From Armatimonadota bacterium (GTDB taxonomy: Bacteria; Armatimonadota; SYMT01), in NCBI GenBank assembly GCA_046292385.1, contig JBKBRF010000020.1, positions 52,090 to 116,089 of the forward strand: a stretch of DNA of 64,000 nucleotides, given 5' to 3'. Of this stretch, positions 47,677-57,519 are shown piece after piece (position 1 is the stretch's first letter; every line of letters starts with the position of its first letter). The position numbers and the translations under genes were made by a program. Below the pieces are notes generated by a model that did no database searches, had not been told where the DNA came from, and saw only the letters and a program-made list of their open reading frames with translations.

Positions 47677-48874
47677 CGACGTAGCCGAAGAGGAATTCGT
47701 CGCCGAAGTCCGGACCGACAAGATCAACATCGAGATCATGGCGACCGATGCGGGCAAGCTCACCCGCATCCTGGTCCAGGAGGGCGAGACCGTCCCCGTC
47801 AACACGCCGATCGCGCAGATCGGTGAAGACGGCGGTGCGCCCGCCGCGGGGCCGGCCGCCCAGACCGATCGAGAGCAGACGCCGGGCCAGGCCGAGCCGC
47901 AGCGCCAGGCCGAGGCCCCGCGTGAGGAGCCTTCGAACGGCACGCTGCCGCACGGCGGCGCGGCGCCGGCTCCGGAAGCCGCGGCGCCGCAGGCGGGCGG
48001 CCGCGTGAAGGCGAGCCCGCTGGCGCGCAAGATCGCGGCGGAAGCCGGCATCGACCTGCAGGCGGTGGAAGGCACGGGACCGGGAGGCCGGATCGTCGAG
48101 GCGGACGTCCGCGAGGCGATCGAGCGCGGCGTCGCTCCGCAGCGGGCCGCCGCTTCGGGCATCCAGCCCGCCGTTCCGCAGCCGGTGGTGCCGGGCACCG
48201 ACCGCCCGCTCTCGCCGATGCGGAAGATCATCGCGCGGCGGCTGGTGGAGAGCAAGCAGCAGATCCCGCACTTCTACCTGTCGATCGACGTCGACATGCG
48301 GGCGGCGACACGGCTGCGGGCGGAGTTCAACGGCAGCGTGGACGAGGACCGGAAGATCAGCTTCAACGATCTGGTGGTCCGCGCCTGCGCCCTGGCGCTG
48401 GAGAAGATGCCGGAGATGAGCTCGCAGCTCAACGGTGATTCCCTGCGCACGCCGGACAGCGTGAACGTGGGCGTGGCGGTCTCGCTGGATGAAGGCCTGA
48501 TCGTGCCGGTGCTGCGGAACGCGAACCAGAAGAGCCTCTCGGTGCTCGGACAGGAGACGCGGGAGCTGGCGGGGCGCGCCCGGAAGGGTCAGCTCAAGCC
48601 GGAGGAGTACAGCGGCGGCACCTTCACGGTCTCCAACCTGGGGATGTACGAGATCACCCACTTCCAGGCGATCATCAACCCGCCGGAGGCCGCGATCGTG
48701 GCGGTCGGCGCGATCCGGGAGACCCCGATCGTGGAGAACGGGCAGGTGGTGCCGGGCAAGCAGATGTATCTCACGCTCAGCGCGGACCATCGGATCGTCG
48801 ACGGTGCCGTGGGTGCCCGCTTCCTGCAGGAAGTGAAGCGGATGCTCCAGAACCCGCTCAGCCTCTTCGGGTAG
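47597..48874 (+). CDS. pdhC: Dihydrolipoamide acetyltransferase E2
   Basis: Lipoyl domain (TDKINIE), ASPLARK E3-binding domain, SNLGM and DHRIVDGA. Confidence 0.96.
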   Translation: MPQLLMPKMGEAMEEGTIVRWLKSEGDDVAEEEFVAEVRTDKINIEIMATDAGKLTRILVQEGETVPVNTPIAQIGEDGGAPAAGPAAQTDREQTPGQAEPQRQAEAPREEPSNGTLPHGGAAPAPEAAAPQAGGRVKASPLARKIAAEAGIDLQAVEGTGPGGRIVEADVREAIERGVAPQRAAASGIQPAVPQPVVPGTDRPLSPMRKIIARRLVESKQQIPHFYLSIDVDMRAATRLRAEFNGSVDEDRKISFNDLVVRACALALEKMPEMSSQLNGDSLRTPDSVNVGVAVSLDEGLIVPVLRNANQKSLSVLGQETRELAGRARKGQLKPEEYSGGTFTVSNLGMYEITHFQAIINPPEAAIVAVGAIRETPIVENGQVVPGKQMYLTLSADHRIVDGAVGARFLQEVKRMLQNPLSLFG

Positions 48875-48897
48875 GGTTCGGACGCCGGGTTAAAGAA

Positions 48898-48935
48898 CAG
48901 AGAGGGGCGGGCCGCAATTGGCCCGCCCCTCTCTG
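48898..48935 (+). terminator. 16-bp hairpin after pdhC
   Basis: CAGAGAGGGGCGGGCC-GCAATT-GGCCCGCCCCTCTCTG. Confidence 0.7.
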
Positions 48936-48949
48936 GCGTTTCTGTCCAG

Positions 48950-49858
48950 GTGTCTGCCCTTACCACCAACCCCCGCCTGCCGTCCACCTGGGCGCTCTAC
49001 CGCGGAGAGCTGCGCCGCCAGTGGACTGGCAGAGCGGTCCTGGCTCTCTTCCTCGCGGTGATCCTCGCGGCCGGCGTGCAGCTCGCCTTCACGTGGGCGC
49101 TGCGGCCGAGCGTCATCGCGGAGGGATATCGACCCACGCCGCGCCGGAAGATTTCTGACTTACTGGCCGCAGCCGCGTCGCCGCTCTACTCCCGCCCGGT
49201 GGCGCTGTGGTTGAACGAGGTCGAGTTGCGGCAGCACGGCGTGTTCTCCGTCGGCGTGCAGCCGGAGCGACGGCTCATCGCGGCTTATCTGCTCTCGCTT
49301 CCATTAGCAATCTTTCAACTGCTGGCGCCGGCCTACGCAGCCGTCGCATTCTCCAGGTTTCGCCGGGACGACGGGGAGCGCTGGGCCCGGCAGGGGTACT
49401 CCGCGGAGCAGGTACTGCTGGGAATGGGGACGGCGGCCATGACACCGCTAGCCATCGCACTTCTCGGAAGTATCGTCGTCGCCCACTCCCTTGCGACCTC
49501 GCGGGTCTTCACTGAAGGGCTCCATCCTCTTCCGGACACCGAGAGCCAGGTCCGCCTGGTCACCTCTGCCGTGTTGAATGCCGCGTTCCTCGCTTGCGTC
49601 TCCGGGAAGCTGCCGCGGACCTGGAATGCCATGGCAACCTGCTACGCCTTCGCCTGCGTCGGGTGGCCACTCGTGGCGTACTCCTTCTCCCCGGAAGCCT
49701 TCCGTGGATGGCAGGTCCGGTGGGGGTATGCCGAGCGGCTCGAGCCGTGGATCGGTCTTGCGTGCTGTCAGCTCATGGCGTTAGCGATCCTCGCCTTTCC
49801 GAGCGTACTTCACATCCAGTCGCGACTGGAGGCTGCCTGTTCAGCGAGCGTGGAATGA
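48950..49858 (+). CDS. Hypothetical multi-pass membrane protein, paralog 1 (ABC-2 permease-like)
   Basis: STWALYRGELRR N-terminus and about six hydrophobic helices. Confidence 0.65.
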   Translation: MSALTTNPRLPSTWALYRGELRRQWTGRAVLALFLAVILAAGVQLAFTWALRPSVIAEGYRPTPRRKISDLLAAAASPLYSRPVALWLNEVELRQHGVFSVGVQPERRLIAAYLLSLPLAIFQLLAPAYAAVAFSRFRRDDGERWARQGYSAEQVLLGMGTAAMTPLAIALLGSIVVAHSLATSRVFTEGLHPLPDTESQVRLVTSAVLNAAFLACVSGKLPRTWNAMATCYAFACVGWPLVAYSFSPEAFRGWQVRWGYAERLEPWIGLACCQLMALAILAFPSVLHIQSRLEAACSASVE

Positions 49859-50754
49859 CGAACTGCCGCAGGGGAGCCGGGGACTTGTCAGCGGTGAGCG
49901 CGGCCTCCGGCTCGCCGTCGACGTGGGCGTTCTTCCGCCGTGAGTTAGTCCGCGAGCTCAAGCTGGGGCGGCTCCTCGGGCTGGCGTTCGGGATCCTGCT
50001 GGCGGCGGTCGTGCAGGCGCTCTTTACCTGGGCGGTGAACCCCCTGCAGGCTTCGCTCGAGGGCGGCGAGTGGGACCGCCGGTGGTTCGACGTGGTGTCG
50101 GCGGCGGGCCTCTTCTCCTGGCCGCTGGCGGCGTGCCTCTTTACGACCGCCGGTCCGACCGCGGAGCTCGTGAACGCCTACCTTCTCGACCTGCCGGGTG
50201 CCACCTATTCACTGCTCGTACCGATCGCCGCCGCCAGGGCGCTTCCTCCGCTGCTGAGGAGCGGAGCGCTGGAGGATCATCTCCGATCGGGCTTCACGCC
50301 GCTGCAGGTCCTGGCGGGTCGCGGCGCGGCGTCGCTCGCTCCTCTGGCGCTGCTGCTGGTCGGCGTTACGGCGGTGCGCTTCGTCCGGGACGGGAACCTC
50401 ATCGCCCAATTGACCGCCTCGGCCCCGCTCCCTACCGTTTCCTGGGCCATGCTCTGGCTCCCTACGCTCTCCTCGCTGCTCCTGGGACTGACCCTGGTCT
50501 GCCTGGCCGGCCTTACCCCGCGGGTGTGGCGCAGCGTTGCCGCGTGCTACCTTCTCGTCCTGGCCCACTCCGCGCTGCTGACACTTTTTCGGGAGCTGCG
50601 CTGGCAACTCGGGGTCTCGACCCTTCACCTCTACACGTGGCCGCTGATCGCCGGTTATCTCGGCGCCTACGCGTTGGTCGTGGCCCTGGCGGCGCGTGCG
50701 GCGACGCTGAGGATGGGCCGTCTGGTGAAGTCCGCTCACCCGGCGGGTACCTGA
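49855..50754 (+). CDS. Hypothetical multi-pass membrane protein, paralog 2
   Basis: STWAFFRRELVR and SGFTPLQVLAGR; ATGA overlap with the previous stop (alternative GTG start at 49894). Confidence 0.65.
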   Translation: MTNCRRGAGDLSAVSAASGSPSTWAFFRRELVRELKLGRLLGLAFGILLAAVVQALFTWAVNPLQASLEGGEWDRRWFDVVSAAGLFSWPLAACLFTTAGPTAELVNAYLLDLPGATYSLLVPIAAARALPPLLRSGALEDHLRSGFTPLQVLAGRGAASLAPLALLLVGVTAVRFVRDGNLIAQLTASAPLPTVSWAMLWLPTLSSLLLGLTLVCLAGLTPRVWRSVAACYLLVLAHSALLTLFRELRWQLGVSTLHLYTWPLIAGYLGAYALVVALAARAATLRMGRLVKSAHPAGT

Positions 50755-50909
50755 CGCGAGCCGCCTCACACCGCGACGATGGTGCGCGTGTGCCGGATGA
50801 CCGTTCCCCAGAGCGACCGCGGAGGTGCTTGTCAGAGGCGAAACGTTCGAAGATCTCGAACGGTTGGGTACGGAGCTCCTGCCGCTCCGGCTTCGTGGGA
50901 GCCAACCTC

Positions 50910-51794
50910 TTGAGCACCGCCTCTGCCGCACTCGTTTCGTCCCGGGCCTCGATCCTCTCACAGTTCCGCCAGGAAGTGAGGCAGACGTGGACCCGGAGAG
51001 AGATCAAGCGTCTCGCGGCGGGCTCCGTTCTGGTGGTGCTGGCCCAGCTCGCAGCGACCTGGCTGCTCCACCCGCAGCTCCTCTCGGCGGTGCTAAGGCC
51101 CTACCAGACCAATCCGGTCGAGCTCACCCTGGCGAGCGGCTTTGGGCTCGTCTCGTTCCCCCTCGGGAATGTGTTCCGCCAGGGGACGGATCCGATCGTC
51201 GGCTTTCTCTTCTTCGCTCTCGGCTTGCCGGGGACCCTGTTCCGTTTTCTGGTGCCGGCTTATATGGCTCGAGCGATCGCGTCGCTGATCGAACGGAAGG
51301 GCGGTGCCACTCCGGAGATGCGAGAGCGCACCCCGGCGAAGGCGCTCTGGCTCACGACGCTGGCGGTGTTGCTTCCGTTCTTTGTGCTGCACCTGGCTGC
51401 GACGGCCGGGTACCACCTCTTGTGGCTTTTCGATCTATACGTCCTCCCGGGGAGCCGGCCTCGAGTCAACACTCACTGGGGATACTTCTGGATCGTGAGC
51501 GTCGCGCCGATACTTGGGGGCGCGGTTCTGGCCTGTCTCGCGGCACAGGCCCGGACACTGCGGGCAGCGATCGGCATCTGCTATGCAGCGGTGCTCTTCG
51601 CGCTGCCCGCGGCATCCGCCATCACGCTGGCGACACTCAACCTGGCGGGCGGGCATCCGGCATTCCTGGCGAGATATCCCGCGCACCAGATCGCGAGTAT
51701 CGGAGTGCAAGTGGTTGCGCTGCTGATTCTACATCCGGTTGCGACCCGCCTCCTGGCGCGTCGGTGGGGGCTCACGCGGGAGACCGCGCGCTGA
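50910..51794 (+). CDS. Hypothetical multi-pass membrane protein, paralog 3
   Basis: SQFRQEVRQTW and GLPGTLFRFLVPAY; TTG start after GGGAG is inferred. Confidence 0.6.
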   Translation: MSTASAALVSSRASILSQFRQEVRQTWTRREIKRLAAGSVLVVLAQLAATWLLHPQLLSAVLRPYQTNPVELTLASGFGLVSFPLGNVFRQGTDPIVGFLFFALGLPGTLFRFLVPAYMARAIASLIERKGGATPEMRERTPAKALWLTTLAVLLPFFVLHLAATAGYHLLWLFDLYVLPGSRPRVNTHWGYFWIVSVAPILGGAVLACLAAQARTLRAAIGICYAAVLFALPAASAITLATLNLAGGHPAFLARYPAHQIASIGVQVVALLILHPVATRLLARRWGLTRETAR

Positions 51795-51875
51795 ACCGAG
51801 GGAGAAGGGAGGGCTTTCGTGTCGCACTCCCGAACCGGGTGGCGACCAATCGGCCCAGCGGTAAGGGATCAAGCT

Positions 51876-54407
51876 GTGACTCATGTTCCTCTCCGGCGCC
51901 TGGCGGCGTCGCTCGTTCTCCTCGGCTCGTGTGCATGCGCGGGGCTCGCCGCCGCCCCGTCTTCCCCCCGCGCTCGTAAGGACGGCCGCCTTCCGTACCG
52001 TCCCGATACGGTGCTCGTCGCCTTCCATCCCGCTGCGCCCACCGCGCAGCGGACCGGGGTGGTGGAGCGGCTCGGGCTGGCCGTTGAGGGCCGCCTCCCG
52101 AGCCGTCACTTCGCGAGAGTCCGCATCCCGGCGGCGGCACACCGGCGCGGACTCGATCCGGTGCAGGCGGCGGCGGCGCTGCGGGAAGATCCGGCGGTCC
52201 GGGTGGCGGAGCCCGACTATCGCCTGCGGCTCGAGGGCCTGCCGAACGATCCCGCGCTGGGGCAGCAGTGGGGGCTGCACAACACCGGGCAATCGGGCGG
52301 CACCGCGGACGCCGACATCGATGCCGCGGAGGCCTGGGACCTCACCCGCGGCAGTGATGACGTGGTGGTGGCGGTGATCGACAGCGGGATCGACTACGAG
52401 CACCCCGACCTGGCCGAGAACATCCTGCGTAATGAGGCGGGGCAGGTGGTCGGCTACGACTTCGGGGACAAGGACGCGGACCCGATGGATCCGGACGGCC
52501 ACGGGACGGCGGTCGCCGGAGTCATCGGAGCGCGGGGAGACAACGGGATCGGCATCAGCGGGGTGGCCCAGCGGGTGAAGCTGATGCCGGTGAAGCTGTT
52601 CAGCGACGAGGGTGAGGCATTCGTCTCGGACGCGATCGACGCGATCGACTTCGCGGTGGCGCAGGGCGCGCGGGTCTTGAACGCCAGCTACGGCAATTAC
52701 AGCTTCAGCGCGCTGGAGTTGGAGGCGATCCAGCGGGCCGAGGCCGCGGGCGTGCTGATGGTCACCTCCGCCGGGAACGACCGCATCTGCGTCGACGGCT
52801 ACCAGCACTATCCCTCCGGCTATAACGAGCACGCGGAGAACGTGATCGGGGTCGCGGCCTCGACCGATCGGGACCAGCTCTCGCCGTTCTCGAACCGCGG
52901 CCGGGACACCCTCGATCTCGCGGCGCCCGGGGCAGCGATCTACACCACCTTCCCGGCCGCCCAGTATGGAACGGCCGACGGCACCTCGTTCGCGGCCCCG
53001 CATGTGGCCGGGGCCGCCGCCCTGGTGATCTCCCGGTTCCCCGGCCTCTCCGTGCGGGAGCTCAAGGCCCGCCTGCTCGCGAATGCGGACCGTGTGCCCG
53101 GGCTGCTGGGGCGGGTGGCCACGGGGCGGCTTAACGCGGCGGCGGCACTGCGCGAGGACCCCCTCGCGCCCGGCGAGCCGCACGACCTTCGCCTCTCCGG
53201 CGCCGGCGAGACGGCGCTGCGGCTGGAGTGGGTCGCTTCCGGAGAGGACGGCACCGCCGGGCAGGCGTTCCGGTACGAGCTGCGGTACAGCACGTCCCCG
53301 ATCACCGAGGCTGGCTTCGCCGCCGCTGCCCGCGCCCGGTCCCTGCCGGAGCCGTCGCCGTCCGGCGACGCGGAGCAGTACCTGCTGTCCGACCTGGAGC
53401 CGGACACCGCCTATTACGTGGCGGTGCGCGCCCTCGATAGCGTCGGCGCCGTCTCCCCCGTGGTCACCGCCGGCCCGTTCCAGACCCTCGCGCCGGGCGG
53501 GACCGAGCTGCTCCGGGACGGTGCGGAGGGCAAGCCGCTCTTCCGCCGGTCGGGCGGCTGGGCGGTGAGCGGGGAGCAGGTCTTCCGCGGGGCTGCCGCC
53601 TATTCGGACAGCCCCGGCCGCCCCTACGCCAATCGTACGACGGCGACCCTGACACAGGCACAGCCCATCAAGCTGCCAGGAGCGGCGCCGGAGCTCACTT
53701 TCTACGCGCGCACCGACCTGGAAGAGGGGCACGACCTGCTCTACGTGGAAGTCTCGGTCAACAAAGGGCGCAAGTGGCTGCCGAGCCTGGTGCTGACGGG
53801 GGGGCGGGACTGGACCCGGTTCCGCGTGCCGCTCTCCGCCTACGCGGGAAAGAAGGTGCTGGTCCGCTTCCGGATGAAGACCGATGGGAGTAAGGTAGGC
53901 GACGGAGTCTGGCTCGACGAGATCGCCATCGCCGGGGCTCGCGAAGAGGCGACCCTCCTCGCCGACGGGGCGGAGAAGCGGCCGTTCTTCCAGGGTGACG
54001 GCAGTTGGAAGCCGAGCAGCGGGCCTCGCTTCTCCGGACGCCGCTCCTATTCGGACAGCCCCAAGGGCAACTACCGGAACGGGGTGGACCTGGCGCTGAC
54101 GGGCAGGCAGGCGATTGACCTCGAGGGGCAGGCGGCGCGCCTGAGCTTCTGGCTGAAGGCGGACCTGGAGACAGGGTACGACTTCCTGGACGTGGAAGCT
54201 TCTACCGATAACGGGCAGAGCTGGTACTGCCTGCGCGGCTTTACCGGCAAGCACAAGCCGGGGCTCCACACGGTGCCGCTCTACCGCTTCGAGGGCCGGC
54301 CGGTGCTCCTGCGGTTCCGGCTGATGTCGGACGACTCGACCGTGCGCGACGGGGTCTGGCTGGATGACATCCGGGTGCTGGGTGAGCCGGTAGTGAGCCC
54401 ACCCTGA
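51876..54407 (+). CDS. Secreted S8 (subtilisin) serine protease with FN3-like and two C-terminal beta-sandwich repeats
   Basis: Triad VIDSG, GHGTAVAG and GTSFAAPHVAG; duplicated YSDSP...DLE.G.D.L.VE.S...DGVWLD modules. Confidence 0.93.
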   Translation: MTHVPLRRLAASLVLLGSCACAGLAAAPSSPRARKDGRLPYRPDTVLVAFHPAAPTAQRTGVVERLGLAVEGRLPSRHFARVRIPAAAHRRGLDPVQAAAALREDPAVRVAEPDYRLRLEGLPNDPALGQQWGLHNTGQSGGTADADIDAAEAWDLTRGSDDVVVAVIDSGIDYEHPDLAENILRNEAGQVVGYDFGDKDADPMDPDGHGTAVAGVIGARGDNGIGISGVAQRVKLMPVKLFSDEGEAFVSDAIDAIDFAVAQGARVLNASYGNYSFSALELEAIQRAEAAGVLMVTSAGNDRICVDGYQHYPSGYNEHAENVIGVAASTDRDQLSPFSNRGRDTLDLAAPGAAIYTTFPAAQYGTADGTSFAAPHVAGAAALVISRFPGLSVRELKARLLANADRVPGLLGRVATGRLNAAAALREDPLAPGEPHDLRLSGAGETALRLEWVASGEDGTAGQAFRYELRYSTSPITEAGFAAAARARSLPEPSPSGDAEQYLLSDLEPDTAYYVAVRALDSVGAVSPVVTAGPFQTLAPGGTELLRDGAEGKPLFRRSGGWAVSGEQVFRGAAAYSDSPGRPYANRTTATLTQAQPIKLPGAAPELTFYARTDLEEGHDLLYVEVSVNKGRKWLPSLVLTGGRDWTRFRVPLSAYAGKKVLVRFRMKTDGSKVGDGVWLDEIAIAGAREEATLLADGAEKRPFFQGDGSWKPSSGPRFSGRRSYSDSPKGNYRNGVDLALTGRQAIDLEGQAARLSFWLKADLETGYDFLDVEASTDNGQSWYCLRGFTGKHKPGLHTVPLYRFEGRPVLLRFRLMSDDSTVRDGVWLDDIRVLGEPVVSPP

Positions 54408-54447
54408 CGGCCCGGCTTCCGGCTCTTACTGGACGAGGAGGTCCGTG

Positions 54448-55752
54448 ATGAACCGACGCTCAATGCTGGCCGGCGCGGCGACCCTGGCGGTCGCCCGCGC
54501 CGCGCGGGCCCAGGCCGGGGAGAAGGCGCCCCCGAGCGAGCGGCTGCGGGTCGGCTGCGTGGGGGTGGGCGGCCGGGCCGCCTCGCTGATGCACGCGTTC
54601 GCCGCGCAGAAGGACGCGGAGGTGGTGACCGTCTGCGATCTCGACTCCCGCCGCCTGCCGGAAGCGGTGGCGGCGGTGGAGAAGCTGCAGGGCCGCCGCC
54701 CCGGCTCCGTGACCGACTTCCGCCGGATGCTCGACGACCGCGGTATCGACGCGCTGGTGGTCGGCACGCCGGACCACTGGCACGCGATCCCCACGATCAT
54801 GGCGTGCCAGGCCGGCAAGGACGTCTACGTGGAGAAGCCGGACGGCCACAACCTGGTGGAGGGGCAGCGGATGGTCGCCGCCATGCGCCGCCACCAGCGG
54901 ATCGTGCAGCTCGGCACCCAGTCTCGCTCCACGCCCCGCTTCTTCGAGGCGATGGAGTATATCCGCAGCGGCAAGCTGGGCCGCTGCCGCGCCGCGGTGG
55001 CGTGGGAGAGCGCGAAGCAGGGCTCCATCGGCCGCCCGGAGGACTCCGAGCCGCCGGAGGGCGTCGACTACGACATGTGGCTCGGCCCGGCACCCAAGCG
55101 GCCATTTAACGTCCGCCGCTTCCACGGCAACTGGCGCTGGTTCTTCGACTACGGCACCGGCGACCTCGGGAACGACGGCGTCCACCGGCTCGACGTGGCC
55201 CGTTGGGCCCTCAGCACCGCCGCGGAGGCGGCCGGCGAAGCGCCGCTCGGGCTGCCCACGGCGGTCTCCGCGAGCGGCGGGAAGTGGTACTTCGACGACA
55301 TGCAGGAGTGGCCGGACACGCTGCAGGTGACCTGGGAGTACCCCAACCGGCTCCTCACCTACGAGATGCGGATCTGGGCGCCGTATCCCTACTTCGGCGA
55401 CAGCGAGGGCGCCACGCTCTACGGCGACCAGGGCTACCTCGTCATCGGCAACAGCCGCTGGCGCGCCTACACACCGGACGGGAAGGTCGCCGCGGAGCAG
55501 TCGGGCGGCGACGGCACCACGGAGCATGTCCGCAACTTCATCGAGTGCGTGAAGAGCCGCAAGAAGCCGAACGCGGACCTGGAGACGGTGGGCCAGGTCT
55601 CCTCCGCGCTCTGCCACACCGGGAACGTCGCCTGGCGCACCGGCAAGAAGCTGAAGATCGACCCGAAGACGCTCACCTTCGACGACCGGGAGGCGAACCG
55701 CCTGCGCACCCGGCCGGAGTACCGCAAGCCGTGGACGCTTCCGGACGTGTAG
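54448..55752 (+). CDS. Tat-exported Gfo/Idh/MocA family oxidoreductase
   Basis: MNRRSML twin-arginine signal, TPDHWH, DVYVEKP, YDMWLGPAP and WRWFFDYG. Confidence 0.92.
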   Translation: MNRRSMLAGAATLAVARAARAQAGEKAPPSERLRVGCVGVGGRAASLMHAFAAQKDAEVVTVCDLDSRRLPEAVAAVEKLQGRRPGSVTDFRRMLDDRGIDALVVGTPDHWHAIPTIMACQAGKDVYVEKPDGHNLVEGQRMVAAMRRHQRIVQLGTQSRSTPRFFEAMEYIRSGKLGRCRAAVAWESAKQGSIGRPEDSEPPEGVDYDMWLGPAPKRPFNVRRFHGNWRWFFDYGTGDLGNDGVHRLDVARWALSTAAEAAGEAPLGLPTAVSASGGKWYFDDMQEWPDTLQVTWEYPNRLLTYEMRIWAPYPYFGDSEGATLYGDQGYLVIGNSRWRAYTPDGKVAAEQSGGDGTTEHVRNFIECVKSRKKPNADLETVGQVSSALCHTGNVAWRTGKKLKIDPKTLTFDDREANRLRTRPEYRKPWTLPDV

Positions 55753-55827
55753 CGTGGGCGGGTGCGGGGTGCGCCGTTGGAGGACCGTGGTTCGTAACGC
55801 ACATCGGATTGGCTGCCGGTATTCGGA

Positions 55828-56160
55828 GATCGCCGGCAGTTGACTTCCGGCGGACCCGATGCGCGGAGTTTTGAAGGTCTACTAGAAGGCGGGGCAGCTG
55901 GGCGGAGCATCCGCAGGGCCGCGAGGCATTGAAATACCTCGCTGGCAGGCCTGCGGCCAAGCGTCCTCCGGACGCCCGAACCAGGCCCTGCTCAGTCCCC
56001 GCAGGGGGACTTCGTGCCGTGGTTGCCGCGGTTTCAACCGCCCGGTGGCTATCGGTCGCCAGCGAGCAAGAGCAAGAGCAGGACCTCCCGTCCACGGAGG
56101 GCGCAGCTCGACCGGCTAGACCCTAAACCCTAACCCCTGGACCCTGGCGAAGCCAGACCC
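55828..56160. repeat. Cluster of REP-like palindromes and short tandem repeats
   Basis: AGATCGCCGGCAGTTGACTTCCGGCGGA (inverted copy of the 17.84 kb palindrome), AGTCCCCGCAGGGGGACT, CGCCAGCGAGCAAGAGCAAGAGCAGG and (ACCCTAA)-like heptamers. Confidence 0.75.
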
Positions 56161-56631
56161 TCACTCGGAGTCGACGCAGTCCTGGAATAGGATGCAGCAC
56201 GCGTCGATGACTGCCTTCGTCTGCTTCCGGACCTCGGAGTCGTCCAGGGACTCGACCGACTGGAGGGGGATGCGGACGGTGTAGCGGAAGGCGGGGCGCT
56301 CGAAGAAGTGCTCCATCGGGAGCTCCCGGGCGCCGAGGTCGCACAGCTCTTCGCCGAGGAGGTCGTTCAGGTCGCCGCCGCTGCTGAGGATCATCTCCTC
56401 GATCTCTTCGTTGACGTTGCGGTCGGTGGTGGAGAAGCCGGCCTGGACCTCGCTGCGGCCGAGGTGGACCCCCGCCTCGTAGTAGCTGGAGGGGCCGCTC
56501 CAGAGCCGGATCGCCAGCTCGAAGGGGCCGGCGTCGGAGCCCTGTACCGCTTCCACCCGGTCCCACTTGCCGTCTCCGCGGTACTCCCCGAGGAGCCAGT
56601 CCCGGAACGACTCGACCGCTGCCTGTGCCAT
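56161..56631 (-). CDS. Hypothetical acidic protein
   Basis: GGAGG SD, GC3-rich codon usage, no recognised motif. Confidence 0.75.
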   Translation of the reverse strand: MAQAAVESFRDWLLGEYRGDGKWDRVEAVQGSDAGPFELAIRLWSGPSSYYEAGVHLGRSEVQAGFSTTDRNVNEEIEEMILSSGGDLNDLLGEELCDLGARELPMEHFFERPAFRYTVRIPLQSVESLDDSEVRKQTKAVIDACCILFQDCVDSE

Positions 56632-56717
56632 CCTGCCTCCTTCACGCGCCCGGGCGAGCTGCTCCCGGCTAACGATGTTGTAATCTACCCCGGTGTTCGC
56701 GTCCGGCGCGCACCTTC

Positions 56718-57509
56718 TTAACCGGCGCGCTGGCGGGCGGTGAGGGGGGTGCCGGGCGTGAGGCCGTAGCGCTGCGCGGCGCTCCCGCCGTTCACCGCCA
56801 CTTCGTAGCGGTTGAAGCTGCCGAGCAGCACGAGCGGCTCTCCGGCGGGGACGGCGGCGTAGTGGGTGGCGGGGCCGTCGAGCTGCAGCGGACCGATCTC
56901 GAACCGCACCGCTCCGGGCGTCGGCGCGCCGAGGTGCTCCGGTCCCAGGTTCGTGATCGCGTTGCCGTAGTGGTCGATCAGCAGCACCTCGCCGTGGATC
57001 GTTTCACCCTCTCTCCGCGGCTCCGGAAGCGGCAAGGGGACCGGGTCCGCGATCGGCGAGCCAAGCTCCCCCGGCGGAATGCCGCTCGCCAGGGCGGCGG
57101 CCACCGGCGCGAATAGGTCGCGGCCGTGGAAGGAGCATCCGACCCGCGGCAGCCAGTGCTCCGGCCGGTTCAGGTGGAACGCCTCCGGCCGGCCCAGGGC
57201 GGCCGCCGCCGGCCACAGCAGCCCGTTGTCCGGCCCGACGAAGGTCCGTCCGCCGCTGCGGAGGCAGAGGGGCCGCCGCTCGCCGCCGACTCCGGGATCG
57301 ACCACCGCCAGGAAGATCGTGTCCGGGGGGAAGTAGGGCGCGGCGGCCTGGAGGTAGAGCGCGCCGGCCGTGACGTCTTGCGGCGGCACGCCGTGGGTGA
57401 GATCGACCAGGCGCGCCGCCGGACAGCGGGAGAGCAGAACGCCTTTCATCGTGCCCACGTAGGCGTCCCGGTATCCGAAGTCGGTGAGCAGCGCGATGAT
57501 CGGCGGCAT
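56718..57509 (-). CDS. SAM hydrolase / SAM-dependent halogenase family (DUF62)
   Basis: LLTDFG, AVVDPGVG, GPDNGLL, SFHGRDLFAP and IDHYGN. Confidence 0.92.
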   Translation of the reverse strand: MPPIIALLTDFGYRDAYVGTMKGVLLSRCPAARLVDLTHGVPPQDVTAGALYLQAAAPYFPPDTIFLAVVDPGVGGERRPLCLRSGGRTFVGPDNGLLWPAAAALGRPEAFHLNRPEHWLPRVGCSFHGRDLFAPVAAALASGIPPGELGSPIADPVPLPLPEPRREGETIHGEVLLIDHYGNAITNLGPEHLGAPTPGAVRFEIGPLQLDGPATHYAAVPAGEPLVLLGSFNRYEVAVNGGSAAQRYGLTPGTPLTARQRAG

Positions 57510-57519
57510 GAGCGGAGGG

